Notes: generated from the letters alone by a model not told the origin. A stretch of DNA of 64,000 nt from Felis catus (GCF_018350175.1 NC_058368.1:205222001-205286000), one strand, 5' to 3'; shown: positions 26,337 through 39,989, counted from the first letter of the stretch. Translations and numbers: made by a program.

Positions 26337-27193
26337 AATTTTTACCATTTATGAGAGACATACTCCACTTTAAGCCAAACCTTGATTTACACAAAGTCAG
26401 AATAACCTGAGATTCTCTACTTGCTTTAGAAGGATTTATCACATTTGTATTTGAACTATCTCCCTATCTTATTCTGAATATTACTTGATTAAGTTTGATT
26501 CATATAAAACTTTTCAGGTATATATATCCATTATATAAAACAAGACACAACTATTAACAGGCTTTCAAAATTTTTCTTGGCAACTGTCAGTCAGGTTTTA
26601 CATTTTCAAATTCATGTGGACACTGACTTCTAAGTTAACTGACAGCAATAAGGCTGGCAATATGATTTCTCTTAAATAATATCCACACGGTAAACAAGAT
26701 CTGATTCTATGGGTTGGAGTTCTCTCAAGCTCTGAAGCAAGGGGAATTCTGTGACTAATTCGAGATGGAATTACTTATCATGGCTTGGTATCCTGCTCTC
26801 CTGATCTAATATTGCCAAGGAAATCAATGAATAAAGTGTTAAAATTAAAATGGGGGGGGGGGAGTTTGAATGAGGAAAGTTTGTTTAAAAGTGCCTTTCA
26901 AATTCTTAGCCCAGCTCAGAAAATAGCTTCTTTATGAAACTCTGAAGCTTTTCAGTTTTACTTACAGTTTGATTTATATTCTCTAATTCATTGCCAAGAA
27001 CTGGCATACACTCAGTGCTGTGTGTTTTTTGATGTGAAAATGCACATTAAATCAAAGAAGAAAAATAGAATCCTAAATAAATATTGTTTCGTTTAAAGTT
27101 ATGAAATATAGGAAGACTATTACTACAATTTTTAAAGTTCTTTAGACTCAGGAGTTCACATTCTATCTTTTACACAGAAAATAATTAGCTAGC

Positions 27194-27821
27194 TGGGAGT
27201 GCAAACTGGTGCAGCCACTCTGGAAAACAGTATGGAGGTTCCTCAAAAAACTAAAAATAGAACTACCCTACAACCCTAAATATACTACTAGGCACTTATC
27301 CAAGGGATACAGGTGTGCTGTTTCAAAGGGACACATGCATCCCCATGTTTATAGCAGCACTATCAACAATAGCCAAAGTATGGAAAGAGCACAAATGGCC
27401 ATCGATGGATGAATGGATAAAGAAGATGTGATATATATATACAATGGAGTATTACTCGGCAATCAAAAAGAATGAAATCTTGCCATTTGCAACTACATGG
27501 ATGAAACAAGATGGCATTATGCTAAGTGAAATTAGTCAGTCAGAGAAAGACAAAAATCATATGACTTCACTCATATGAGGACTTTAAGAGACAAAACAGA
27601 TGAACATAAAGGAAGGGAAACAAAAATAATATAAAAACAGGGAGGGGGACAAAACAGAAGAGACTCATAAATATGGAGAACAAACAGTGTTACTGGAAGG
27701 GTTGTGGGAGGGGGGATGGGCTACATGGGTAAGGGGCATTAAGGAATCTACTCCTGAAATCATTGTTTCACTATATGCTAACTAATTTGCATGTAAATTT
27801 TAAAAATGAAAAATGAAAAAA
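27194..27821 (+). mobile_element. 5'-truncated felid L1 3' end
   Basis: Encodes [20 protein letters not shown], and the 3'UTR is of the same type as 10800-11400. TSD agaaaataattagctagc/agaaaatacttagctagc. Confidence 0.96.
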
Positions 27822-28189
27822 AGAAAATACTTAGCTAGCGTCTTTAGTAAACAAAGTTCTTTCCTATTTTTGACTTAAAGAAAAAGATCCATCAGAAAAA
27901 AATTGAGTCAATAACCAATAATTAGTTAAAAATAATGTTTTAGTTTTTGTCCTGAAGACAATTGCTGTTATCCCAGTATCTCATATCTCTGCTCCTACAT
28001 GATTATCCAATGAGAATAATCCTGAAGCCCTAAGACATCCAGGTCAGCAAAAGAAAACAATTTTTGAAAATTATTTTTTTCACCGAGACTAAAGTGAAAC
28101 CACATATTTTAGAAGAACTTGGAACAAATGTTACATACAAGTCTTATTACATTTACTTTTCTAAGGCATACGTCCTATTAACAACATTC

Positions 28190-29225
28190 ATCAGCAAGTC
28201 TATGCACAGTTTCTATCTTCAAAGTAAATCCTGAGTCTGACCACTTCATACCATCTCCATAACCTCCACCCAAGACCAGGACTGAGACAGCTAGGATACA
28301 CATGTACAATTGTACTCGCCATTAAAATATTGAACCATTTCTGGGCAGGTGGTATATAGCCTCTTAGCCATTGAACTGAGCCTGGCAGGTGCCCCTGCCA
28401 CCCACTCTGAGCCTTCCTCTCAAACACTCTATGACTGCCCTTGATATAGAAACTAAAGCAGTAACACCGGACACAGCAGGAATCCCACCACATTTTACTC
28501 TTTGTGTCTGGTCAGTACCTATAACATATGGAACCTAGATCTGCCCTTGACCAATGCAGTACTCTCTTGCAGCAGCCTCCTTGCTACCATTCTTACCCCT
28601 ACTGTCTGTTCTATGGGAAGGCAAGATGATTTTTACTATTATTATTAATGCAATCAGATCATATTGCTTTCCTCTTTAAATTCTTCAGCAGTTTCCCATT
28701 ACATTTAAATAAAGTCCAAACTCCTACCTAGACTGACTTGGCCCTGGGTCATCTGGATCCTGCCTCCCTCTCTATCTTCACCTTATGCCATTCTTCTCAT
28801 TCACTGTGTTCCAGCAACATAGGCATCCCTGCTTTTCTTCTGTCAAGACTTTTACACTTGCTTTTCCCTTTAAGTGTAAGTGCTCTTCCCTTGCTGTTCC
28901 ACTTGCTGGGAAGACCATATCTTCAGGTTTCAATTCTTGCAGGTCTTTTCTCATATGTCACTTCCTTAGCAAGTCTGATGTGACTACAACTGTACATAAA
29001 ACAGTTACTTGCACTTCTGCTCCAGCTTGAACCTGTCCCCAGTCACCATCTTTTCCATCACCCTACTCTATTTGCTTCACAACCCCTCATTCTGTTTATG
29101 TATTTAGCTGCCTTCTTACTTATTTTTTCTTTCTGACTGAAAGGTAGTCTCTCTGGGAGGAGGAGGAGGATGCATGGCTTGCTTGGTGACTCTATCTGTT
29201 CCCAATATCTAGTGCAGTATATGTC
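28190..29225 (+). mobile_element. L2 fragments (interrupted at ~28285-28550)
   Basis: 'cattcatcagcaagtc...ttctatcttcaaa', 'aatcagatcatattgctttcctctttaaa', 'ctcattcactgtgttccagcaaca'. Confidence 0.7.
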
Positions 29226-30099
29226 CTACCATTTCCTTCTCCTATGCCTGCTCCTCCTTTCCTCTGCCATAATACCCTTCCTCCCAATGCTACCTGCCCA
29301 AAACCAGCTTCTCCACTAGGGAGAAGCTGAAATTCCATCTCCTTAGGACCTTCTTTGATCATGCCATAGTATGTAATCTCTCTTTCTCACACATTGCTAC
29401 CAATATTCCTCTTCCCTCTTAAGACTTTAACTGCTGTATTTTTGTTATTCGTGAATTACCTTCTCCTCTCAGTGAACCATATGCACTTTGAAAGATAAAT
29501 TTTTAACCCACAGATAGGCCTTCATTTCAGTCATCAGTAAATTCTCATCCAGAATGAGCTTGCCTTTCTGTTTATTAGCTGACTTCTCTCTTTAGGATAA
29601 ACCTCAGTTTTAGGTCATGGGACAAAGAGAGTCTTCATAAATTTGCACTTCATGGTGAGTTAACTTTGGCTTATGGGAAGGGAGCTGTGACAATTCCCCT
29701 CAGGACACATTGCTGCTTGCTTAGGAAAACTTAAATATAGTTTATAAACTTGAAGGAAAATAAGGTAGAACAACTCCCTCAAGAGATTCTTTCCAGATGT
29801 TTTTCAAGTAAAGTTAAATCCTTATAATCATTCAATGTTCACCAGTCTCCTTGCTTAAAAGTTCATCCAACTATACAAGTCATATTTCTTTTCTAATAAA
29901 AACACTTTTAAGCCAATGAAAGTATTTATTGGCATTGGTTCACCTCAATGAGAAGTGAATATTTTAATATTTTTTAAGCAGATGATCTAACTGCAAAGTT
30001 AAATTATTTGTAATTCTCATAAATCCTATCTTTTATCATCAAACAACTATGTTTGGAATTACAAAATTTTAGCACCAAGGAGTTCCCTAGAGTGCAGAT

Positions 30100-30310
30100 A
30101 ACAATAACTAGCATCTAACAGAACATGCCAGGTATTGTTTTTAGTGCTTTCTATGCAATAATTCATTTAATCTTGACAATAACCCTCTGAAGTAGGTACT
30201 ATTAATATCATCATCCTTATGTTAAGGATGGAAAAACTGAAAGGCAGAGAAGTTAAGTAACTTATCCCATGTCACAAAGCTGGAATTTGATCCCAGCCAT
30301 GTCTTGTTTG
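30100..30310 (-). mobile_element. MIR
   Basis: 'ttcatttaatcttgacaataaccctctgaagtaggtactatta...gaaaaactgaaaggcagagaagttaagtaacttatccc'. Confidence 0.85.
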
Positions 30311-30580
30311 GCTTTGTATAGCAAACATATCCTTGTTGTAACCCCCTCTCCCTCACCTTCCATTAGTTTTGAGCACTGAAGTAAAATATTTGACTTCTCA
30401 GCTTCCCTGACATGTGGAGGTGGACATGTAACCCTTCTCTGGCCAGAAAGAGTAGACATGAGTTCTTGGGAAAGATATCCCTTCACAAATAAAAAAGAAA
30501 ACTTCATAAAGGAAAATATTCGGCCACTTGCCTCATTTACACTGTTGCTTTCTTACTCTATTTTTAGGATACTTATTACT

Positions 30581-30841
30581 GTTTTTAATTTTGTTTTTAA
30601 TGTTTATTTATTTATTTATTTATTTGTAAATTTTTCTAACGTTTATCATTTTTTGAGAGAGACAGAGACAGAGCCCAAGCTGGGGAGGAGCAGAGAGAGA
30701 GGGAGACACAGAATCTGAAGCAGGCTCCAGGCTCCAAGCTGTCAGCACAGAGCCCAATGTGGGTCTCAAACCCATGAACCAAGAGATCATGACCTGAGCC
30801 AAAGCCAGACGCTTAACCAACTGAGTCACCCAGGTGTCCCT
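30581..30841 (-). mobile_element. CanSINE with extended double tail
   Basis: Antisense SINEC_Fc. TSD atacttattact. Confidence 0.95.
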
Positions 30842-31849
30842 AATACTTATTACTTATTTTTAATGGTAGTTATTCTTTTTTGGTTAGTTAATACCTAAAA
30901 AACAGTGTTAGGAAGAAAGGGAAAGTGAGGTAGGATACAAGCAGCTTAAATTCAGGTATATTGCCTCAGAAAACTCTCCTCAGTTCTACTGCATACTCTG
31001 CCCTGAGACATCTCACCACTCTATGTCCTCAGCCATCAATGTGGCATAAATGTATATGCACTCTCCACTTCAGGGTGAGCAGAGTGGTTTACAGTGGAGA
31101 ACTACATGTCACAGAATTTGTCTTTATTTCTTTGGAGGAAGAAGGTGGTTGAAGTGATTTCAGTCATTTATTTCTCAACTGACCTCTGTCAGATTGGTTG
31201 CTGCCACTCTCATTCCTTTGTTAACCTGGTTGGTATCTTGCCTCTTTGAGTAGTTTGCAGAGTTTCTCTGTCCTGTCATTTGTGTTACTCTACAATATGG
31301 AAACTGGCCCAAGGTTTCTCATACAGCCCATGCACAGCCTCAGACTCTGCCAATCCAAGGAGGGGATTTGTGGTTAGGTTCTTCAGAGCCAAATAAACCA
31401 TTTCCCCTCATATGTGCTGAAAGATCTGAAAAAGAAATTATCTGCAATCATTGTCCTCCCTCCTGGGTTTTGGCACACATTCTTCAACCATTTAAACTAA
31501 GGAGTCATTTTAGTTGCTAGTTTCATTAACAATGAAGAATCTTTTCTCCCCATTTGTCCTCTATTTTACCACATATAAGGAAGAAAAAGGTATTTACAAC
31601 ACTTTCCTTCCCCCTAATCTTTAGCAGACTTTTTTCTCTTGGGGAAAAGAGTCATATAAGTAACATACTCAGGGCTTCAATGTGTATCATTACTTTTTTA
31701 CAGAGTCTTTTCCTGGTTTATTTTGATTAGCTTCTAAGAAGTCCCAGTATATACTATAATAGTAAACCTATTCCTTACCAGACAGACATTTTCAGAGCCC
31801 AGGATGCCAGTGATATCATAAACACAAATACTGCCTAGGGCACTGAAAT

Positions 31850-32510
31850 CACCTCACACTTCTCAGAAACCTTACACCTGATGCTAAGATCCTGAGACTG
31901 AGAACTGAGTGCAAGAGGTTTTATCAGGGAAGCTTAATGGGAACCAGACCTGTGGATTTTAGCCAGGGTTTTCTCAACCTCACCACTACCGATATTTGGA
32001 CAAAATAATTATTTGATGTGGGGGAATATCCTGTGTGTTGTACAGAGTGTAGCTGTAGGCCTGGCCTTTACCTACTAGATTCCAGTAGCAAATCTTTCCT
32101 ACATCTATAATGTTCAAAAGTATCTCTAGACTTTGTCAAATGTCCACTGGGGTGTGGAGGGGTGGGAGGTGGTGGTGGTGATGTGTGTGTGCAGGTAAAA
32201 TCTTTCTCAGCTGAGAAGCACTGGTTTAAGAAAGAAGGAAGTGCGATACAGTTAGAATAAAGGTCTCATTCGATTGGGTGGAAAGCACTGGAGCTAGGAT
32301 GGTTCTTCAGAATTGTCCCAAATCTGCTTCAACGAATATTGGATACAGGCTGCTCCCAGTAAAGAGCTGGAAGTTTGGCAAGGCAGCTCCCTTTAGTAAG
32401 CCCGAGAGGGACTCAGCAGTGAGATGTCTGCAGGGAACAGCTCCAGTAGTTGGGGAAATGAGTGCCATAGTCCTGAAAGGTGAGCTGGTGAAACTATAGC
32501 ATCCTCTACA
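31850..32510 (-). mobile_element. LTR16-like LTR interrupted by MER20
   Basis: 'ctgagactgagaactgagtgcaagaggttttatcagggaag', then 'gcactggagctaggatggttcttcagaattgtccc...gcatcctctaca'. Confidence 0.6.
31964..32223. mobile_element. MER20 (hAT-Charlie MITE)
   Basis: TIRs cagggttttctcaac and ctgagaagcactg. Internal 'ctagactttgtcaaatgtcc'. Confidence 0.85.
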
Positions 32511-33883
32511 TAGGTCAAGCGAGCAGGATTCCTAGGCCTTGTCAAATACTTTTGAACATAAAATATTGAGTAAAATGTTGATATGGGACCTGATCCCCAT
32601 AAGTAAAGTGAAGGTTAAATAAAATAATGTATGTAAAGTTTCTGGCATATATACTGTGCTATTCAAATTCTAGCCATAATTGTTTTGTTCACATATGTAA
32701 TTTTCTAGGCCTAATTAAAATAAAACAAAGCCAAGCAGATTTATACCACACTCTTAAGGTTACCTAACCACTTTCTTTGGTTGCTTAGCAATGAAGGACA
32801 ATGGGACAAAGCTACCAGTGTGACCAAATACCAAATTTACATGATTGGAATTTTAGCCCCAAGAAGTCTTTCAATAGTAGACATTGTCCTAATGTGAAAA
32901 TGACAGTAAACTCTCCATATCTGGCTTTGCACTCATAATGAAATACGTTCCCAGATACAAAAGCTATACTCCTTTGTAATGATAATTTACAACTGTGAGA
33001 CATTTTCATCAAGTAAGAATTTTGCTTATTATTTAATAAATTTAAACTCTGATTTACTACAATAAGTCAACGAATGCAACAGAATAATGTGTTACTTTAA
33101 ATATCTTGGGGTAGTAGTTAAAACAACAACAAAAACAGAGGCAACCTTCATGTGTAAATGATATTTAACAAATGAAATGACAAATGTGAAAACAATGTTT
33201 TCAGACTATTTCAAATAGAGATAAGTAGAATTCAGTGAATACACACATACCTAGAGAAAGAATAGATATACTTCACTCATTCTATCTCTATAGAGACCAA
33301 ATTGGGAACCATCATTAGCAGTAAGTGTAGTAGTAAGAATATGAAGAATATTTTGGTTAATAGATTGTCTTCATAGATAATAGATTGTTAAACTTTATTC
33401 AGTATTACAATTTGGAACTCAACCACTGAAATGAATGAGTCATTAAAATAATGTATGAGTAGTTTAAAAACAGCTTACTGTTTAAAAGAAAAAGCTATCA
33501 ATAGCGTGAATGACAATGGCTTATAAGATGGTCCATCATAAGCAAAATTTAAGGAATCAAGTTAACCATAAGTAAAAAGAGACTATCCAAACACATTTTC
33601 ACACCATTAAGCTCAACTTTAACAATTAATTAAAACAGTGTTTGACATATCAAATTAACTTGAAAGTTATTAGTTTTAGAGTTTCCTTTGAAAATTTGGG
33701 TATTTTAGGAAACACTTTTAGTAAAAATAATTTTAAACTTAATCAGGATATGAAATACAATTATTTCCTGCATCTTAATGAACTCACATAGAACCCCCCA
33801 AATCTATCTAGAATTTTTTGAAACTTCTTTTAAAAGTTATTTTGTTCTTATAACTTCTTAAAATTTGTTCTTAAAAGTTATTC

Positions 33884-34109
33884 TTTTTTTTTTTATTTTT
33901 TTTCAACGTTTTTTATTTATTTTTGGGACAGAGAGAGACAGAGCATGAACGGGGGAGGGGCAGAGAGAGAGGGAGACACAGAATCGGAAACAGGCTCCAG
34001 GCTCTGAGCCATCAGCCCAGAGCCTGACGCGGGGCTCGAACTCCCGGACCGCGAGATCGTGACCTGGCTGAAGTCGGACGCTTAACCGACTGCACCACCC
34101 AGGCGCCCC
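33884..34109 (-). mobile_element. Young felid SINEC_Fc
   Basis: CpG-rich and near consensus. Perfect TSD ttaaaagttattctt. Confidence 0.97.
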
Positions 34110-34145
34110 TTAAAAGTTATTCTTAAAAGCTCTAATAAGTTCTTA

Positions 34146-34371
34146 TTTTGATTTTATTTATTTATTTTTCATCTTTTAAAAATATATTTACTTATTTTGG
34201 GAGAGAGACAGAAAGCGTGAGTGGGGGAGGGGCAGAGAGAGGGAGAGAGGGAATACCAAGCAGGCTCCATGCTAGAGCCCGATTCAGGGCTCAATCCCAA
34301 GAACCATGAGATCATGACCTGAGCCAAAATCAAGAGTCAGACCTTAACTGACTGAGTCACCCAGGTGCCCC
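34146..34371 (-). mobile_element. CanSINE, older subfamily
   Basis: 'gagccaaaatcaagagtcagaccttaactgactgagtcacccaggtgcccc'. Confidence 0.92.
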
Positions 34372-34393
34372 AAATTTATTTTCATTTAAAATA

Positions 34394-34597
34394 ATTTTTT
34401 AATGTTTATTTATTTTTGAGAGAGAGAGACAGAATACAAGTGGGTGAGGTTCAAAGACAGAGGGAGACACAGAATCTGAAGCAGGCTCCAGGCTGTGAGC
34501 TGTCAGCACAGAGCCAGACGAGGGGCTTGAACCTATGAACTATGAGATCATGACCTGAGCCAAAGTTGGGCGCTCAACTGAGTCACCCAGGCACCCC
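34394..34597 (-). mobile_element. CanSINE
   Basis: Antisense SINEC_Fc. TSD tattttcattt. Confidence 0.93.
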
Positions 34598-34690
34598 TAT
34601 TTTCATTTTAAAGTAGTAAAAGACTATAACCGTAAGTAGTTTATTCTAAATTTTTAAATATATATATCTTAAATAAACAAATACATATAT

Positions 34691-34714
34691 TATATATATA
34701 TATATATATATATA
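34691..34714 (+). repeat. (TA)n microsatellite
   Basis: About 12 TA units. Confidence 0.9.
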
Positions 34715-35699
34715 AGCATTATTATAATAAAAGTAATCCAAGTCAAAACTAGAGGTTCTTAAGAATGTTTTCCTTGAAAATTAATCTATATTTGTTACTC
34801 AATTTTGAGAATTTGAGAATTTTGAAAAATTGAATTGTGTTATATTGTCAGTATTGAAGTATGTGTCAAACTTAATGTTTGTATATGTTTGTTCTCCTAG
34901 CAAACTGCTTATAACTTAAAGATTCAGTTAAAAAAAACACCAACTCTGTGAAGCTTTTCCTGAACTCCACACTACCACAATTAACAACAGAGTTAATCAC
35001 TTACTCTGCAAGTAGCCTTTATAGCCCTTGTCACATTTCACTGTCCTTTTATCATCTTCTGATCTTCCTTCTCAGAAAGCCAGGTGTTTTAGAACACAGT
35101 CTGCAACTTATTCATCATTGAAATCACAGTTCCTGGTTCAGTTGCTAGCACATGGAAAACATTCAGTAAATGTCTAGCGAACAAATAAAATAATTACTTA
35201 ATTAACTGGTGGAAAGGCAAAAACAATTACTCCCATCAGCAATAAGACTCAAAAATCTGCAGCATGTGATCACTTGAAACACATCAATGCTAACATCTAG
35301 AGAGGAGTGTTCATAAAACAGCCTGGCCATGTCATACTGGAGAAAAGTAAGAATGATCACTGGGGGACTTAGAGAATGTGAATCAGTCTACCAGCAAGTG
35401 TTCCCCAAACTGTCATCTCAACCTCTCATCTTGGAGGATGAATTCTTAAGGCAACTAGGAGAAGAGTATCAGAGAGCTGTGCTGAAGAAAGAACCAGTTC
35501 AAGAAAGTCACTGAGCTTTGAAGAAAGTGGTTGCCGGTGACACATCTGTTTAGGAATTATTCAAAAAGCAAGAGAAGAGACATGGACCCCTTCATGAATT
35601 GTCTGTAAGTCCAATACCACGTCTGAAACTTTTATCAGCTAGAAATACAAGCTGAATTTGTACTCAATTTTCCTTTTGACCCTTGGAATTCCTCAGCAG

Positions 35700-36050
35700 A
35701 TACTGTTATGCTTTGGTACCACCAAGTCCCAGCAGCCTAAAACAACAAAAGTTTCTTTCTTTCCCACATGAATGTCCACTGGCTGGTGGTTTTGCTCTGT
35801 ACCATCCTCACTCAAGACCCAGGCTAATGAAGCATCCCATCTGGAACATCACCTTGGCAGACAGAGCAAAGGAGCTCTCGAGGGTCAGGCAGCAGCAAGT
35901 AAATGCTCCAGCTCAAAAGCCACATGTGTCATTTTTGCAAATGACACACATTTTCCAAAAGTAGTCAGTGGTCCCACCCAACCACAAGGTAGCAAGCAGT
36001 GCCTTCCTACCTTGTGCCCAGAAGCTGAGGAGCCAGCACAAACCACCACA
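35700..36050 (-). mobile_element. MLT1J/K-type MaLR LTR
   Basis: 'cagcagcctaaaacaacaaaagtttctttc...acccaggctaatgaagcatcccatctggaacatcacc...tcctaccttgtgcccagaag'. Confidence 0.7.
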
Positions 36051-37177
36051 CCCTAAGACTAACTCGTTCCGGAGGTACGCCTTGACAGATCACCAAAATC
36101 TAGTAAAAGGGATTATCTTCTTTTCAGTTTGGAAAAACCAAAATCAAACCAAACCACACCAAAAAATTTTCTCTCCTGTTAATTTATTAGCCTCAAGTTT
36201 GCCTTTAAAGAAATGCACTATACTCTGTGTACAGCCATTATATGAGGCAAAAGAAAACAGACACAAAGATGGAATGCTGCATGAAAACATAAAGTTCAGA
36301 AACAAGTAAACCTAACTGACGGTGATAGAACACACAAAGGCGGTTACCCTGAGGGTTTAATTCTGACCGGAAAGACTGTCTTCAACCTAAACCTAACCTA
36401 AATGGAGGCAAAAAATTTTTTTCTCATATGTAGAACATAGGCATTAATGGAAGCTGGGGAGAAACGAATGATTCATGTAAATCCATCTCTTAACTGGCAC
36501 ATTGTTTAAAAAAAATGCATCTATAATCTAAGTAAAAAAACTATTCACCCAGAATTCATGAGAAAGTGAAAACTGAAACACTTGGGATGTTTCTATAAAT
36601 TCCCTAAGCAAGCCTTTTCTTAAGTGATTTCAAATCATCCTCATCTTCAATAATAAGTATATGCAGCTGATACATGTAGTCAACTCTATAGATACTCTAA
36701 TGTGGTAAAAAAGGAGATGCTTCCTGGAACAGACTAATGTGAAAAGCCAGCTTGTCAGGAGCCTTGCCAATAAGCATGAAGTTTTAAACGAAACTGTTGA
36801 TCCATAGGCAGAACTAAAAAGCACATACTGCAGAGGGCCATAAAGTAATATGGTTCTGGTTTTTACTAGTTAGTGAATGTTTAATAATTCTTCATTATTA
36901 TAGGCCTTTATTCCACACACTACTTAATGAGGCCCTTGAAAATCCAGAATTTTATCTTGAGTGGTCTTTATAATTATTTAAGAAAATAAGAATTACATTT
37001 GAATATTAGATTCTCCTGGAGAAATTCCACTTATTATACAACTTTATAAAGAAATATGTATTATTTTAAATTAAATGTATTGTGCATATGGACAAAAGTC
37101 TAATCATGTTGACACCTTGAATAAAACTAGCTGGTCTCTTCAGATTGTTTAATAATTTACAAACAATGATCCATCTT

Positions 37178-37383
37178 TTTTTAAAATTTTTTAACATTTA
37201 TTTATTTTTGAGAGACAGAGGTTGAGTGAGGGAGGAGAAGAGAGAAAGACACAGAATTCAAAGCAGGCTCCAGGCTCTGAGCTGTCAGCACAGAGCCTGA
37301 CATGGGGCTCAAACTCACAAACCATGAGATCATGACCTGAGCTAAAGTCAGATGCTTGACCAACTGAGCCACCCAGCCACCCC
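37178..37383 (-). mobile_element. CanSINE
   Basis: Antisense SINEC_Fc. TSD aatgatccatctt. Confidence 0.95.
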
Positions 37384-38257
37384 AATAATGATCCATCTTA
37401 ATGGTTCTCAAATTTTGTTCAGATGGCTAGAGACCTCATGGAGACCTTTTCAGAATACCATAATCTTTGAACCACACTTTGAAATTTGATATTTTAATTC
37501 CTTTACACAAATAAGAAACTACTTTCTTAACCAAAAAAAAAAAAAAAGGCGAAAAGAACATATACACACACATACATAAGGTCACAATCATTAGCTCATA
37601 ACTTTTGAAAAGAAAAATAAATTATCAAATCAAGTACAACAGACTGTTTTCAAGTTTTTCGACATTCATTTGCTACTTTTAATTCAATAATAATAAATAA
37701 TATATAAATAATAATATATTTATGTAATATATGCTATAATACATAATAAAAATTTATATATCATTATATACTACAATAAATAATACTGAGTTCAATAATT
37801 CAATAGCCACAGCTCACTAATAGATAAGAAGCAGGTGTCACCAAAGTTTTTAATAAAATTTTAAGGAAAAAGCTAAAAATAGAAAAAGTCTATTGATTAC
37901 TATATTTTCCTTAAAAAATAGGAAAATAGATATTATTCAGTTTTAGCCTTAAAATATTTTGTTTCAACTTAGAGAATGCCGGAGTTTTGAGAGCACATAG
38001 CTTGTTTGACTTCATTGTCAATGAAAAGAAATGGAAATCCTTTTTGGTTTTATTATAACTGCTAGAGATTCCTTGGGATCTGATTTTATTTCATCTCCTC
38101 TACCACAGTGAAGATAGGGGAGAATTCTAAACTGTTTACATATAAAGGGCTATACCAAGAAATATCATAGGATAATGACCTACATTTTTTTTTTTACTCC
38201 TAGAAAAGAATACTAGTAGAAAGAATTTTGGCAAACTGTATACCTCTTTGCACATTT

Positions 38258-38472
38258 TTTAAATATTTTTTTTAAAGTTTATTCATCTTTGAGAGAAAGA
38301 GAGAGCATGAGCAGGGGAGGGGCAGAGACAGAGGGAGACACAGAATCCCAAGCGAACTCCAGGCCCCAAGCTGTCAGCACAGAGCGTGACGCAGGGTTGG
38401 AACCGACAAACCCCGAGATCACGACCCAAGCCCAAGTTGGACACCCAACTGACTGAGCCACCCAGGCACCCC
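38258..38472 (-). mobile_element. CanSINE
   Basis: Antisense SINEC_Fc. TSD ctctttgcacattttt. Confidence 0.95.
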
Positions 38473-39520
38473 TCTCTTTGCACATTTTTAACTTAACAAC
38501 TATATTTGTTTTTATCATAAGCTATATTGGAAACAATGTAATTTCTGGTCTACTTAAATACTGACGTGTAAATAAAACTGTTTTATATCCAAAAAGAATA
38601 AACATTAGCTCTTCTTTAAAAATCAGAATTTTGTATTGCTTCCTTTTCTGCTTGAAATTTGTATTTCCATTCCACTTCCCCTACAGAATTTTATGCTAAT
38701 CCAATCTATTTTTATATTTTAAATTATTTTTTAATCAACCTTACTTTTATGTCACAAAAATCTATATAATTTAAATATGGTTTTTACATTTATGAGCTGT
38801 GTTAAAGTATTTCTTTTAGATTTAATTATTTCAATTTTTAGTAACAGTCAATATAATATAAATAGTATAAATATTGATAATTACCTAACATAGAAAAGTA
38901 AAATTTTATTGGTAATATAAGTTAGTAGGTATGGTTGTTTTTTCGCAATTGGTTCGCTATGGATAAATATTACGTATTTCTAGGATAAGACAGAGTTTAA
39001 CAAACATTCCGTTCCTACTAGTCATTTTTCATAGACATAATTGCTGAGAAATTATATAGTTGAAAACAGAAGGAGTTTTGTATACCAGTGTCACTCAATT
39101 CTTTGAACTCCTTCCAAGTTATATGGTAAAAATCACATACTAATTATATTTGTAAGCCATCACACTGATCCATCATCAAAAATTTTTAGTGATCTGTTAT
39201 CTGATACTCAATATGTGAGGCCAGAGAAGAACTAGCCTGAACTGCAGAAGAACTTGTTATGGTCATAACAGCGATGTACTTCTTCAGCTTTTGGAAAATA
39301 CACCCAAATGGACTTACCAAGAAAAAAAATGACTATTAATTGTATATTTTACTCATACCTAGAGGTAATTTATTCAAACTGGTACACTCAAATGGAGTTG
39401 GGAAAAATCCAAAGTATTGTTAACTTCAACACATCTGGACCAAAATAATTTTTTAGTTATTTATTTTTATTTCACCATGTGTTTTACCAATATTTTTTGT
39501 TAAAACTTTGGCGCTCTATT

Positions 39521-39745
39521 GGGGCACCTGGATGGCTCAGTCACGTGAGCGACCGACTTCGGCTCAGGTCATGATCTCATGGTTTGTGAGTTCGAGCCCC
39601 GCGTCGGGCTCTGTGCTGACAGCTCAGAGCCTGGAGCCTGCTTCAGATTCTGTGTCTCCCTCTCTCTCTGCTCCTCCCCCACCCACACTCTGTCTCTCTC
39701 TGTCTCAGAAATAAATAAGCATTAAAAAATTTTTTAAATAAAAAA
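39521..39745 (+). mobile_element. CanSINE
   Basis: Sense SINEC_Fc. TSD aaaactttggcgct. Confidence 0.95.
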
Positions 39746-39989
39746 AACTTTGGCGCTATAGATTTAACTCTTTTGAGTTATGAAAAATGTCTGTCATATA
39801 ACCTAATTAGCATAGTCACCCTACTGCCTCTTTCCTTGACTGTTCAAAGTTCTTGTAATTTTCTATCAACATATATACTCTTTGCTGAACAAGTATAGGT
39901 ATGGGATATAGGGTTGGGGAGTTTATTGAATTATATGCAAGCCATTCTGCTAAGAGATCCAAGCTATTCCTTAGATCTCATCTCATTCA

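Noticed and set aside
35329..35630. Protein-like ORF (LEDEFLRQLGEEYQRAVLKKEP) suggesting a processed pseudogene
   Set aside because: I recognise no parent gene and see no poly(A) or TSD. A BLASTX search would settle it.
14975..38472. Ten consecutive minus-strand SINEs as evidence for a transcribed host gene
   Set aside because: The overall ratio is only 16:11, three of the ten are clustered, and L1s occur in both orientations.
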